From the human T2T-CHM13v2.0 reference genome, Homo sapiens, in assembly GCF_009914755.1 (NCBI RefSeq), contig NC_060926.1: a DNA stretch of 64,000 nt; one strand, written 5' to 3'. Shown piece by piece: positions 1-16,330 of this stretch; within the stretch, counting starts at the first letter, position 1; the number at the start of each line of letters is the position of its first letter. Made by a program: the position numbers and the translations under genes. The notes beneath the pieces were generated by a model. That model saw nothing but the letters and a program-made list of their open reading frames with translations, was not told the origin of the DNA and did not search any database.

Positions 1-40
1 AGAATCTTCCAGGATGGAGGAGACATCAAACATACAAATT

Positions 41-313
41 AGCCAGGCACAAGGGCTCATGTCTGTAATCCCAACATTTGGGAGGCTGAGGTGGGTGGAT
101 GGCTTGAACCCAGGAATTTAAGACCAGCCTGGGCAACATGGTGAAACTCCGTCTCTACTAAAAATACAAAAAAAATTAGCTGGGCATAGTGGTGCATGCC
201 TGTAGTCCCAGCTAACTACTTGGGAGGCTGAGGCAGGAGGATCACCTGAGCCCAGGAGGTTGAGGCTGCAGTGAGCCGTGATGATGCCACTGCAATCCAG
301 CCAAGGTGATAGA

Positions 314-316
<3 letters not shown>
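41..316 (+). mobile_element. Alu (old, J/S-like)
   Basis: Dimeric Alu; tail replaced by a microsatellite. Confidence 0.9.
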
Positions 317-396
<80 letters not shown>

Positions 397-439
397 CGCA
401 CACACACACACACATACGTGTGTGTGTGTGTGTGTATAT
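317..439. repeat. Compound (TA)n(CA)n...(TG)n microsatellite
   Basis: Seen directly. Confidence 0.95.
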
Positions 440-655
440 AGCATCATTTTCTCCACGGGTGAAATTTCCATTTGATTCTGATTTCAAGGATCTAGGGGAG
501 ACAATGTCAGCACACCTGGGGTTGCTGTGCCCAAAACTGAATCAAGAGACAAAAGACAGACTGAAAAGGCCTTCAGGTGTTAGAAGAAATTTCAAACTAT
601 AAACTCTGCCTTTGGGGGATGACATTCCTTTGAGCATCTGAGGAATACTTTGGAC

Positions 656-1327
<672 letters not shown>

Positions 1328-2204
1328 CTTTGGACCCTTTCCACCAAAAACAGGAGACACATACAAGTCTATGCTCCTCCCCCTCATTACCTGCTGAGAT
1401 GGTCATTCAAAGCTGTTTTCCGCCTGCCCTCTGGCTTTATCCCTGTGCACAGTTTTGCATGGCATTGACACAAATCCCCTACAGTCCCCCTGCTAAAGAA
1501 TTCTGCTCTAGAGGGACCACATTAGACAAATAACGCATTCCTGCCCTATTACCCTGTTTACACATTCTCTACTGTTTTAGAAGAGGGGGAGAAACTTCTC
1601 ATTTCTTCAAAGCCTAAAAATGCAGATGGGTGGTTGGTTATCCATGAGGGATTGAGGGGGAGGCCTCGAGGGACAAGGAGCAGGACACAGGATGTGGTGG
1701 CACTGCCATTACCCAGAAACCAAGTTGGCCCACGAGTGGGTCCGCTGAGGAGTGCCCCCTCACTGCCCTGATCAGTGCCTGTGTTTCAGAGCCCTTGAAT
1801 ATAGGTCCTGTTTGGCACTTCTGAATTGGTAGAGAAACACACACCAGATTCGACTGAAACACAGAGGGTATGCCTGTGAGAACAGGAGAGAGCAAGGGGT
1901 GGACACACACACTAGACTTTCTTTGTTACTTAATACAAGGGAAAGAGCAAGGCTTTGGCTGTGGTCGTAATACCAATAATTATCACCGCCATTATCTATT
2001 GGTTAAAGGTGGGAGGGCCCTGGGTCTATGCCAGGGGAGATGTTGCTCCCCAGGGGAAATTTGACAATATCTAGAGATATTTTTGCTTGTCCCAACCTGG
2101 GGGGCAGGGCGGATGCTACAGGCATCTAGCGAGCAGAAGCCAGTGATACTGCTAAACATCCTACAATGCGCAGACACCCCCACCATAAAGAATTACGCAA
2201 CTCG

Positions 2205-2808
<604 letters not shown>

Positions 2809-2899
<91 letters not shown>
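2809..2899. repeat. (TA)n(TG)n(TA)n microsatellite
   Basis: Seen directly. Confidence 0.95.
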
Positions 2900-2902
<3 letters not shown>

Positions 2903-3308
2903 TTATACAACTCAAATGCCAATAGTACCATGCGCAGAAACCCTAATCTAGGCTAATTTCCGGAGTCAAATCAGCCACTATTTCTCCTTTGCTGCAGTTC
3001 TGAGGTGGCTATGGAGAGAATACACCAGAAAACAAGGAGAGACATGACCTTGGGTTTTTATTTACTTTTGTTTCCTTGCCTTTTAATTAAGCCCCAAGTA
3101 GCATCCAGCAAGGGCGTGCCTGGTATTGTAAGACCTAGAATTCTCCCTCACTGTGAGCCAAGGTAGTTGGAGGTTAGTGCCTCTGCCCGGGCTTTGCCCC
3201 GAGCCAACCCCTATGGGTGCAGTTGCTCCATGAAGGGGAGAGTATGGTGTGGGTATCCTTGGAGGAGATGGTGAAGTTTGGTTTCCTCCTGTCCTTTGTT
3301 TCTAACAG

Positions 3309-3353
3309 CTGGAAGCTGAAGCCACTCATCGTGTTATCACCATTGCAAACAGG
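3309..3353 (+). CDS. DPYSL5: DPYSL5 (CRMP5) internal coding exon, 45 nt, [15 protein letters not shown]
   Basis: Acceptor tttctaacag, donor AGG|gtaagt; phase 0-0; peptide matches CRMP5 as I recall it (about residues 224-238). Confidence 0.97.
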
Positions 3354-3395
3354 GTAAGTCCCCCGATGTCCACTGTGGGATTAGAAACCAACCTT

Positions 3396-3675
<280 letters not shown>

Positions 3676-3707
<32 letters not shown>

Positions 3708-3718
3708 GAAAGAAAGGA

Positions 3719-3753
<35 letters not shown>

Positions 3754-3801
3754 GAAAAAAGAAAAAGAAAGAAAAGAAAAAAGAAAGAGAAAGAAAGAAA
3801 G

Positions 3802-3872
<71 letters not shown>

Positions 3873-3896
3873 AAAGAAAGAAAGAAAGAAAGAAAA
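3676..3896 (+). repeat. Long A/(GAAA)n polypurine tract from an expanded Alu tail
   Basis: About 220 nt of uninterrupted purines. Confidence 0.97.
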
Positions 3897-4917
3897 CCAA
3901 CCTCTACGATGCAGCCCCATTCTGCTCTGGGTGCCAGCACCATGTCTTGCCCACAGGAACCCAGAGCTGTTTGCTGACTGAGCGCTGTCATGCCCACCAT
4001 CCTTGCATTCACCCTTCTCACCACCAGCTTTCCATTCCACCCCGCCGAGCCTGCTGAAGCTCAGTTCATTGCTCACGTGTAAACTCAGTCCAGCTCCTAA
4101 ACTCTACATCCTCCTAATGTGATAAGCAAAGAGAACAGAATAACATCTGGGGAAACAGAATTTCCCAATTGCACTTTAGAGCTCTGGCCGCTGGACAAGG
4201 ACATTGTTTCACTGTCATGACAATAGTTATTTATCAATTACTTCCTGGTGGAACTTAACCCAGAATAAGGAAAGACCCAAACAACAAAAAGTCAGTTCCT
4301 TGCCTTTTAGCTCAAGCATATGCTCAGAGGAGTTAAGCCATGGACCGTGGTTGCACAGCTTAGTAGAGAAAAAGCTAACCAGTATTACAGTCCAGGTGTC
4401 CGTTCGCAAGGTCAGCCTTCTCTTGCCTAGACTCTGAACCCTAACCCCCTTGTATTTTGTTCATCTCCAGGGTGCATTCTGTCTACTGATAAGCAGCCTT
4501 CAGACAGCAGGCATCGTAATTTTAGATACAGAATACACGACTAACTCTAGGTCATCACGTTTATGAACAGGAAATTAAAATAGGAAAAAGAGTTCCCCCC
4601 TTTTAAATTACAGTCATGGTTGTCAGATGGGAGAAAATGTGAGGTTCAGACTTGACGGTCTTGAACTTCACAGGCTGGGCTTCCCGGTGGGCTCTGGTGC
4701 TGGAGGCTGTTCTCTGCCTCCCCGTATCATGCAGTTCCTGCAACCTTGCCCTGACTGCCAGCCCTGCATTCTCCGCTTAAGGACTGTCACCTTGAGGGTG
4801 GGGTTGAGTGACGCAGGGGGAGGCGCTGGTGCCAGGGCTGACTTTGCCAGGGTTATTCTGATGCTTGTGAAGTTTATGGGTCAACCCTCCCTACTTCCCA
4901 CTGTTTCTTGTGTTTAG

Positions 4918-4993
4918 ACTCACTGTCCAATCTACCTGGTCAACGTGTCCAGTATCTCGGCTGGTGACGTTATCGCAGCTGCTAAGATGCAAG
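4918..4993 (+). CDS. DPYSL5: DPYSL5 coding exon, 76 nt, THCPIYLVNVSSISAGDVIAAAKMQ(G)
   Basis: Acceptor ttcttgtgtttag, donor AAG|gtgagt; in frame with the previous exon; CRMP/dihydropyrimidinase-like sequence. Confidence 0.97.
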
Positions 4994-5321
4994 GTGAGTC
5001 CATAGACTTGGCTGGACAGAGCAGGTCAAGTGGAGGGACTGGAGATGGATGGGGCCCATTAGCCGTGCTCACTCCTGGCCCCGGCTCCTGAAACCAGGAC
5101 CTGAGCCAGCCCTTCCCTTTCATCTGCCACCGTCTTCCTCAGAGCTGCCCTGTGCTATGCTGGCTTTAGTCTGCTAGAACATGAGCTTTTTCTTCTGCAA
5201 ATTTGTATGCATAACAGCTTTACGGAAGTGTCTGTCACTTCTCCTGGGTCTGGTAACATTTTCCAAGTTTTAAACCCACTCATTAATTAGTGTCTTTTTG
5301 GCCTCATAGATTTTACTAGCA

Positions 5322-5335
5322 GTTGCCTTGGCAAC
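5322..5335. promoter_or_regulatory. Intronic RFX X-box in DPYSL5
   Basis: GTTGCCTTGGCAAC, one mismatch from the perfect palindrome. Confidence 0.55.
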
Positions 5336-5601
5336 TAACATAAAATGCTGGACCAGTTTCAGTGGGCATTTCAGGGGCTGTTTGGGAAGTCCCTAAAGAA
5401 AGAACAGTGTGTGGGCCCAGCTTCCTTTTAGCCTCCTGGAACCCTGTGTATGAGTCCGAGGGGCACTTGTATGGCTTCTGTTGCGGATCGCCTGGCAGTA
5501 CCTAAAGGCTTGCAGATGCTTGGAGTCCAGCCCCGCCCCAGGTGCTGGTGAGGGCCTGGCAGCAGGAGAAACAAAGTCACAGTCACAAGCCTGGGGAGAC
5601 A

Positions 5602-5677
5602 GATCAGAAGCAAGGGCATCTCAGCCTTCAACTATAATCGATCAGAAGCAAGGGCATCCTGGCCTTCAACTCTATCG
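5602..5677. repeat. Two-copy 38-bp tandem duplication
   Basis: gatcagaagcaagggcatc...gccttcaact present twice. Confidence 0.9.
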
Positions 5678-6237
5678 CCCTCTAGATCCCGCCACCTGCC
5701 TCTCCCCTCACTGAAGCCCCTTGGAGGGTCTCGCCTAGACTGTCGTCCCAGCCTGGTGACTGCTCCCACCTCCTGTCTCCCTGTCCTCCAGCCCTGCTAC
5801 GGCCCTCCCTGTCCTACCACAACCGTTCTCTTGAAGCTGCTCACAGCAACTGCCTGTCCAGAAAACAGTCTAGACTGCTCTTTAGCGTGGCATTCGTGGC
5901 CCTGCATGCCTGTTCACCCACCGTCAAGCTCCATCTGCCAACAGCACCCTGCACACACCAGTGCTCTGGTCATCTGGCCAAACCAGACTCCTCAAAGTGC
6001 CGCTTGGTCCTGCTGGGCCTCGGTGCCCATGTCCCTCTGTCCTCCTTGCCTAAGTCAGCAGAATAGGGAGGCTCTCTGGGCTTGAACCCAGCTGTGCTCT
6101 TAAAAGCCCTGTGAGCTTGGGCAGGTCCCTTCCTGTCTCTGACCTCAGCTCCTTCACCTGTAAAATGAGAGGCACACACCAGCGATCGCTCGGGTTCGGT
6201 GGCTTCCTGGTTATGGTTCTGACCTTTCTTCTTCCAG

Positions 6238-6394
6238 GGAAGGTTGTGCTGGCGGAGACCACCACTGCACATGCCACGCTGACAGGCTTACACTACTACC
6301 ACCAGGACTGGTCCCACGCGGCTGCCTATGTCACGGTGCCTCCCCTGAGACTGGACACCAACACCTCAACCTACCTCATGAGCCTGCTGGCCAA
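6238..6394 (+). CDS. DPYSL5: DPYSL5 coding exon, 157 nt, GKVVLAETTTAHATLTGLHYYHQDWSHAAAYVTVPPLRLDTNTSTYLMSLLA(N)
   Basis: Acceptor ttcttcttccag, donor AA|gtaagg; visible in ORF 6111..6398. Confidence 0.98.
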
Positions 6395-7065
6395 GTAAGG
6401 CGTTTCAGCAGCACATTGCAGGGATGTGTACATCTTTAGGAAGACGTCATAGAGGGCCCAGGAAACAAATCTGAGCTAGGTTTGATTTCATTGTGCCCAT
6501 AGGATCATTGTGCTTTTCTTACCTTCTCTGAGCCCATCAGATAATTGCCATCCTATTGGGATTTTATGACCGCTTGATATGGAGTGAGATCTTCTGAAGT
6601 ATAAGAGTGAAGAGCACATATAGAACTGTGAACCGTGGTTATTCGGAATTTCAAAGGACATTGATCTCTTACTCTAAAGCCCAGTGGGGAGCTGCAGAAC
6701 GTGGCCTGTGACTTATCCTAGAATGTAGGGGTCCTTTCTGTTTCTTTTGTTCACCTCTCCCTCTTCTTGTTGGCTCCCGTGTGCCCCTTGTCTGTACATC
6801 CCTCCTTCTGTGGGTTTCTCCTCCTTTCCTTCCCCTTTCCCTTTTTCTTCTGCACTTTCTCCCCCTTTCCTTCCCACACCCTTCCTCCAGATCTCCTTTC
6901 TCCAGCTCTTCTATTTCTGACACTGCTTTTTCCCCATGCAATCCCAATCTAAAGGAAATGGTTTGATGAACGGTCTGAATTCAGTGGGACCCAATTATGG
7001 AAGGGTTTCTGTTTTATCCCAATAACTGCTTGCAGCTTCTTTCTCTCTCCTATTAACATTTTTGG

Positions 7066-7398
<333 letters not shown>

Positions 7399-8303
7399 TC
7401 ACTTTTGGGTATTAAAGTTCCATCCAGTTTAAGACTTCATCTCCTTCCCTCCTGATCCCCAGCTCAGCTTGGGTTGGGGTAGGAGGACTAGGACAAAAGG
7501 CGAGGGGATTCTTCTCCATACCCAAGCATGCATCCCTCCCAGCTTGCAGCACTGGCAATGCCTCTGTGAACAAGGACCTGCACAAGGCAACTTATGCCTG
7601 GCCACCTTCTACAGTATCTGAGGCCCAGAGGAAGCCCACACAGCCTTTCTGCTCCCTGTGGCTCAGAGGCAGGTCCATAGCCCACAGCCCAGGCAAGGTG
7701 CCCACTGCTCTCAGCTCTGTTCTCCACAAGTGAACCTCTTGAAGTATGCCCTCCTTGTCTTCAGGGTGGACTGGTGAGGAGAGGGTATGGAAGCCCCACT
7801 CAACTCAGGAAAGAGGAGGGGAGGGAATGCCAGGACTCTCCATCCTGCCAACCCCTCAGTCTCCCTCCGAGGGTCCCGCTTTCTAGACCTGGGGGATGGG
7901 GATTCGCCTCTTCTAAGATGGTGCAGGAGCAGTGGAGGGAAGCGACTGGCCCCACCGAAGATGGCTCTCTTAGATAATAAGGTGCTTGTCTCATCCATGT
8001 CCTTAGCTTTCAGTTCTGGTTGCCAACCACTGGAAAACTCCCACTCCCATCCCGTTATGTTCACAACCTAAACAGAGTTGGGGGGTGCAGGGCTTAGCCA
8101 ATGCGAGTGGAGTGCCATCGATAGGGGCGTGGGCAAAGGTGGCCTCTGTGGAGGGCAGTACGCACCACGGCATGGGGATGGTCATTGTATTCTGTCCCAT
8201 AGCCTTGGTGGGTGCCAGGCGGCAGCAGCTCTTACAATATTTACATATTTACATTATGTAAATAAATATGGAGGGTAAAGATTAAGAGAGAAATGCTAGA
8301 TCA

Positions 8304-8654
<351 letters not shown>

Positions 8655-9309
8655 TCAACCTCCTTTTCATCATCAGCAATACAATAAAAGAAACAATTAC
8701 CAAGACTCCACTATAATAATGTGGGCTTGGTTCCAAGGTCAAGAATCTTTTGAAACACCCCTGCTTGCTACAAGCAAATTTACTGAAAGAACAAAAAAGA
8801 TAATAAGTGCTTCAACCCACCCAAATTACAGCGCCCAAACCCACACAAATTCAAATAGACTGGAATAAGTATCATTGAATAATTTAAGTTTTTATATCTA
8901 GCTTACTTTGTCAAATGTATTTTAATTATTTAAATTAATTCTATTTATTTAAGTAGAAATGTACTTTTTGTGTTATGATAATAGTCTGAATCCCTTTTTA
9001 ATCCCTTTTTAATCAGTGCATATTGTAAATGGGTGCTACTTTATAGGATTTGGAGCATAATTTTAATATTTTAATATTTATAGAAATTTATGATGACTAT
9101 AATTTTGCTTTTGTAACACATTATTGGTTATAATTTATATGATGCAAGATACTTGATAGAAAATTCAGACACCAATTATTATTCCTATAAGAAAATATGA
9201 GCTGTTTCCTAATTATCTACTTTAGGGTATGATTTGTGATTTGTTAGGCCCTGCAGGAATAAAAAAGTACAATCTATAGATATAACTATTTATGCTTTAT
9301 TCTGGCTTG

Positions 9310-9681
9310 TTTTTTTTTTTCAGACAGGGTCTGGCTCTGTCACTCAGGCTGGAATGCAGTGGTACAACCTCCTGAGTAGCTGGGGCTACACGTGTGCACC
9401 ACCATGCCTGGCTAGTTTTTTGTTTGTTTGTTTGTTTGTTTGTTTGTTTGTTTGTTGAGCCAGGGTCTCACTCTGTCTCCCAGGCTGGAGTGCAGCCTCC
9501 CAAAGTGCTGGGGTTACAGGCGTGAGCCACCCTGCACCACCGTGCCCAGCCTAATTTTTGTATTTTTTGTATTTTTTCATCATGTTGCCCATGCTGGCCT
9601 CAAACTCCTGACCTCAACTGATCCACCCGCCTCGGCCTCCCAAAATGCTGGGATTACAGATGTGAGCCACTGCACCTGGCC
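9310..9681 (-). mobile_element. Rearranged, internally deleted Alu fragments with (TTTG)n
   Basis: Partial arms juxtaposed. Confidence 0.8.
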
Positions 9682-10787
9682 TAAAATCTGGTTTCTTAAA
9701 GGGACAAGAAATTTTTTCATTTGATCATATAAAATGTTACAGTGCTTAGCAAAGCCAGTCATGTTTTAAACTTTAAATGGTTTGGATGGGGGCTTCCTAC
9801 CTCCCAGATTCAGGGCAGCACTGAGAGAGCTCAGAGGGCCTCCTAGAATGTAACTACCGTCATTCACGGCTGCTTAGTGGGTACCTTTGTGTAGGAGCCT
9901 TTTCAGAAAGCTGGGTGCTCAGGAAGACTTGCTGGTTAAAGAGCAGGAGTTGAGCCTGTTGCTCTCAGGGTCCCTGACCTGCCCTTCATGACTGCAGTGG
10001 GCATCTTCTGCCCTGAGCCCTGCTCAGGTATCCAGAGGGCCCCTCAGGAGAAAGGAAACCCTAAAGATTCCATTCATCTATCAGGGCTTCTGCAGGTCCA
10101 GAGAGTGTGGGGAGCCTTGGGGCTCTGCGGGAGAATCTCTTGCAAAGAGTCTCTGCAAGGGCCAGAGCAGCCTCTTTGGCCCAGAGAAGGCCCAGCCTAC
10201 CGCACAGGAAGAGCGATGCATCTTCACCACGGGTTTGGCCAAAGACATTAGTCACTGGGCAGGAGCTGAGACTGATAAGCCCTGCCAGGTCCCCCGTGGA
10301 GACAGCCCTATGGAGCTAACTGGCCATCATCTGAGAGCCTTAAGAATATGCTTCCTCACCAGGTCAGATAATGCTTTCTGCCCCCACAGTCTCCTGGAAT
10401 GGGCATCTTAGATGGCCCACAGGCACTCACAAGGCTCTGGGGCCTCTTACAGAGTACAATGGGACCCCTGCCCCTGACCTTCAGGGCACCCACAGTGTGG
10501 TCCCAGCAGTCATCCCCTCCCCCACCTGACCCCCCTGCTCCAGCCAGGCCTTTCTCTGGCCCCGCAAAGCCATTTCCTCTTGAGGCCCTGACCTGGTTTG
10601 CGTGGGCATTCTCTCTCCTCCGCCCCTCACTGCCTCTGAGCCCTTGGCCTGCAGAGATCTCTGAATCCAGGCCACCTGCCTGCCTCCCTCATTGGGCAGA
10701 GGATCTGCTGCCATGAGCCCTCTCTCCCTGTTCTTCCCTACGTCTTCTTTGGCCCAGGAGCCCCTCGAGGGCCTGCCTGTGCCTTAG

Positions 10788-11243
<456 letters not shown>

Positions 11244-11499
11244 TAGAATCCCCACATCCAAGGAAGGCTATGAGTCCAAGTTATTCAACAAAGCTTAACA
11301 CTGAACTTGTGAATGCTTGTTGCCAGCAGGTTGGGGTTGGAGAGCTGATGAGAGGGAATTGGTATACAATTCCATGAGAGTAGAACCACCTCCACCATCT
11401 CACTTCAGCTAGACTCTAAGTTCGGCTTTTCTCTGCTATCTTCACTCTTAAACATTGCTATCCCAAGGCTCTCACTGAAGTCTCCTGTGACACAGACAG

Positions 11500-11620
11500 A
11501 CTGTGCCACACTCATTCTGTAGATGAGTAAACTGAGGTTCACATAGATGCAGTAACTCACGACAGACCACATGGCCTAAGCGGCAGAGCTGAAATTGGAG
11601 TCGGCTTTGCCTGCTTCCCA
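11500..11620 (-). mobile_element. MIR fragment
   Basis: cattctgtagatgagtaaactgagg core. Confidence 0.6.
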
Positions 11621-11707
11621 CACGGAGGATTTTCCCTATATCTATCCTCACCCTCTAAGTTCCTCACCTCCCCTCCCCTTACTGGTCACCTCCTTTTCTC
11701 TACCCAG

Positions 11708-11849
11708 TGACACTCTGAACATCGTGGCATCAGATCACCGGCCTTTCACCACAAAGCAGAAAGCTATGGGCAAGGAAGACTTCACCAAGATCCCACATGG
11801 AGTGAGTGGCGTGCAGGACCGCATGAGCGTCATCTGGGAGAGAGGAGTG
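11708..11849 (+). CDS. DPYSL5: DPYSL5 coding exon, 142 nt, DTLNIVASDHRPFTTKQKAMGKEDFTKIPHGVSGVQDRMSVIWERGV
   Basis: Acceptor ctcttacccag, donor GTG|gtacgt; visible in ORF 11595..11915. Confidence 0.98.
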
Positions 11850-12029
11850 GTACGTTTCCTAGAGCCCCGCCCCGATCTGATCCCTGCTCTAATCCCCGTT
11901 TCATCCCCGTTCTAATCCCAATAAGAGTATTCACTCCTCAGATCCTGTCAAAGAATGTTCTTAGAAGGGCTGGTTCAATCCCAGCTGTTTGTTTCACTCA
12001 AAAACAAAACACAAAAGGTCTTTCCCCCA

Positions 12030-13100
<1,071 letters not shown>

Positions 13101-13624
13101 TTGATCTATCTCAGATTAGATCTAAAATAGTATGAGCCCCAAAGAGATTTGAAGTTCTCAAGACTAAGCTCATGGAAGGCCAAGGAGATGGCTCAGGAAA
13201 TCCCCTTGAAGAGAGTCCATAGTACTCTCATGGGTGGGGCAATAAGATGTTTTTCTAGAGCATATATAACCCTTTGAAAATATCACCCTTAGTAGATGAA
13301 GGGAGGTTCCTGACTCATCCGTGTGGGCACATGAGCAGAGCTGGTTTTACAAACAGGAGGCAGATTTGCCCCCGGGCAGGAAGCCTGAATGGAACCACGG
13401 CCACTCACCATAGTTGCTGGGTGAAGGGAGAAAGGAATAAGTGAGCAACTGGGACCCAGCCAAGCAGGCTGGCTCATCTGAGATGGTGCTCATGGCCTTG
13501 TCCCTTTGTGACCACTGTCCTGACCACCTAAGCCCTAAGTCCATGGGCCAGCATCAAAGGTGACCAAGGGTTTGAGACCCACCCCCAGAGCCTGGTTGAC
13601 TTGACACTTTCTACAACATTTCAG

Positions 13625-13767
13625 GTTGGAGGAAAGATGGATGAGAACCGTTTTGTGGCCGTTACCAGTTCCAACGCAGCTAAGCTTCTGAACCTGTATC
13701 CCCGCAAGGGCCGCATTATTCCCGGAGCCGATGCTGATGTGGTGGTGTGGGACCCAGAAGCCACAAA
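13625..13767 (+). CDS. DPYSL5: DPYSL5 coding exon, 143 nt, [47 protein letters not shown](K)
   Basis: Acceptor cattttcag, donor AA|gtaaag; typical amidohydrolase-family [18 protein letters not shown] motif. Confidence 0.98.
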
Positions 13768-13899
13768 GTAAAGTTTGTTGCTCGTCCCCAGGGCTAGAGG
13801 GGCTTGGGATTTTGAAGAAGACTTGCATTACAGATCTCCAAAAGCATATAATTTTGCACTATTTCTAGCACAAAATATGGCCCTGGCCTACCGTTGGCC

Positions 13900-14128
13900 A
13901 TCTTCTCCCTCCATCTTCACACAGTCTTTCTTCCGTGTCACACATGTCTGGTGTGTCTGTCTCCTCTTCTTATAAGGACACCGATAAGACTGGATTAGGG
14001 CCCACCTATATGACCTCACTTTATCTTAATGATTACATTAAAGGCCCTAAATAGTGCCATGTTCTGAGGTTCTGGGTGTTAGAACTTCAGCAGAAGAATT
14101 TTGAAGGGAGCCAATTCAACCCATAACA
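13900..14128 (-). mobile_element. MLT1 (MaLR) LTR fragment
   Basis: cttcttataaggacacc...ggattagggcccacc...aattcaacccataaca. Confidence 0.75.
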
Positions 14129-14217
14129 ACCAGCCTTTGGGGCTCACCCCTCCCATGGAGCTGTGACATTTTGACCTGTCCTCAGCGCTTTCTCTCCCGC
14201 CATTGCCTCCCCACCAG

Positions 14218-14425
14218 GACCATCTCAGCCAGCACGCAGGTCCAGGGAGGAGACTTCAACCTGTATGAGAACATGCGCTGCCACGGCGTGCCACTGGTCA
14301 CCATCAGCCGGGGGCGCGTCGTGTATGAGAACGGCGTCTTCATGTGCGCCGAGGGCACCGGCAAGTTCTGTCCCCTGAGGTCCTTCCCAGACACTGTCTA
14401 CAAGAAGCTGGTCCAGAGAGAGAAG
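14218..14425 (+). CDS. DPYSL5: DPYSL5 coding exon, 208 nt, TISASTQVQGGDFNLYENMRCHGVPLVTISRGRVVYENGVFMCAEGTGKFCPLRSFPDTVYKKLVQREK
   Basis: Acceptor ctccccaccag, donor AAG|gtgagg; visible in ORF 14171..14488. Confidence 0.98.
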
Positions 14426-15087
14426 GTGAGGTGGGAGGAGGAAGATGCAGGGGTGTTGGCGCCCCCTGCCGGGGAACATCCTCCATGACTGTTTTAAATC
14501 TCAAAGAGATGTTCACTCCAGTTTTCGACCCAATTCCATTGCACTTTCTCCAGCGTTGAGAGGGGAGTGTGCGGCAGCGCCAGGGAACGCTAGAGTCAGA
14601 AAATGCTGATTTCTGTTCCCCGTCTTTGATTACCAAGTGGCATTTTAAGTGGTCAGGCAGCAGGGCTCCTGAGTTGCTGAGGGCACAAGTGGGAAATGTG
14701 AGTGTGTGCGACCGCTGAGCTCCTCTGGATACGCAGGCTTGGGGTGGAGGAGGTGCTGGGGGCTGGAGATGCTGCTTTGGCTCGGCTCCCTCCCACTCTT
14801 GATGAAGCAAGCGGGGGGTAGAGCTGGCATTTGCAAAGCATTGTCTGAAGCACAGGAGGAGCAGGCACCTGAACACGGGAGGCCCACACTGCTGGCACAC
14901 AGAGCACACGAGAGGGCTCAGAGCTTTCAGAGAAACCAAGGACCCTTCTCTCCCAGAGGCCAATGAGTGAAGAAATCCACTGCCAGGTCTGCCGTGGGAG
15001 CGCAGGCTTGGGCTGCCTGAATGAAGAAAGCGTGACTTTCGTGATCGCAGGGCTAAATCCAAAAGCAAACTCAGGGTCTCTCACTCA

Positions 15088-15510
15088 TCACACTCAGCTA
15101 ATGTTTACTTTTTTGTGGAGATGGACGGGGTTTAACCGTGTTGCTCGGGTTGCTTTCAAATTCCTGGGCTCAAGTGATCCGTCTGCCTCGGCCTCCTAAA
15201 GTGCTGGGATTACAGGCGTGAGCCACTGTGCGCGGCCCAATAACACTTTTTAATACGATGTAGGACCATAAATGACCTCTGCAGTAATAACTGCTCGTAC
15301 TTCTGTGTTGCCTCTCATGTGCCAGAGCAGTTGGAACAGCTTTACACATATTAATTCGTCTGCTCTCCTGCAACTCTCTGATGTAGGTATAGTATTATGG
15401 GCACAGAAAAGTAACTTGCACAAAGCCACACAGTTTACAAGTGACAGAGTTGGGATTGGAACCTAGGCAGTCTGGTTGTAGAATATAGACTCCTAACTCT
15501 ACTGCCTTTG
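15088..15510 (-). mobile_element. Alu left-arm fragment (15088-15238) followed by a MIR
   Basis: Sequence similarity judged by eye. Confidence 0.7.
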
Positions 15511-15684
15511 TGAGTACAGAATTAGCTAGTATTGCTACTGGGGGCCTCTCATCTCCAGATGGGGCTGTGTTTAGCCTCTGTTCCCTCAGAGTTGTCAGAC
15601 CAGTAAAGGGTGTGGCTTCGTGGGAGCCCAAGGTGGGGAATAACGTTGCGCTGTGTGGGAGGGCGCTCTCTAAAATTGACTTCC

Positions 15685-15978
15685 GGTTGGGCATGGTGGC
15701 TCACGCCTGTAATCCCGGAACTTTGGGAGGCCGAGGCGGGTGGATCACGAGGTCAGGAGTTCAAGACCAGCTGGCCAAGATGGTGAAACCCCGTCTCTAT
15801 TAAAAATACAAAAATTAGTCAGGCACGGTGGCAGGCGCCTGTAATCCTAGCTACTTGGGAGGCTGAGGCAGGAGAATCACTTTGCGGGGGCGGAGGTTGC
15901 AGTGAGCCAAGATCGCACCACTGCACTCCAGCATGGGCGACAGAGTGAGACTCTGTCTCAAAAAAAAGAAAAGAAAAA
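15685..15978 (+). mobile_element. AluS
   Basis: TSD-like aaa(a/g)ttgacttcc. Confidence 0.93.
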
Positions 15979-16330
15979 TTTGGTTAAAGTTGACTTCCTC
16001 AGATGTCTACCTGCTACCTCGGTGAGGCTTCCATCAGTGTTGAGGGGGAGCCAGTATCTCTCCCATACACATGCATGCACACACACATGTGCACTCACAT
16101 ACATGCACGCATGCACACATGTACACGTATGCACATGCTCTTTAGGAGGTATGAGAAAACTCCAGCCCCTGGACTCAATGTTTAAGAAGCCTTGGTCACT
16201 TGCAGTGATTTGGGTCTTGGGCAGAGTGGCAGTGTCTAATGTCCCACCGGCCCCCAGGGAGGCCATGGTTGTATCACTCAGCTCTGATGGTGTTGTCCTG
16301 TTCTTCTGCTCTTCTTCCATCCTTCCCTAG

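Noticed and set aside
14340-15068. 242-aa minus-strand ORF, the longest in the track
   Set aside because: GC-rich intron antisense to DPYSL5, non-ATG start, no domain or splice support.
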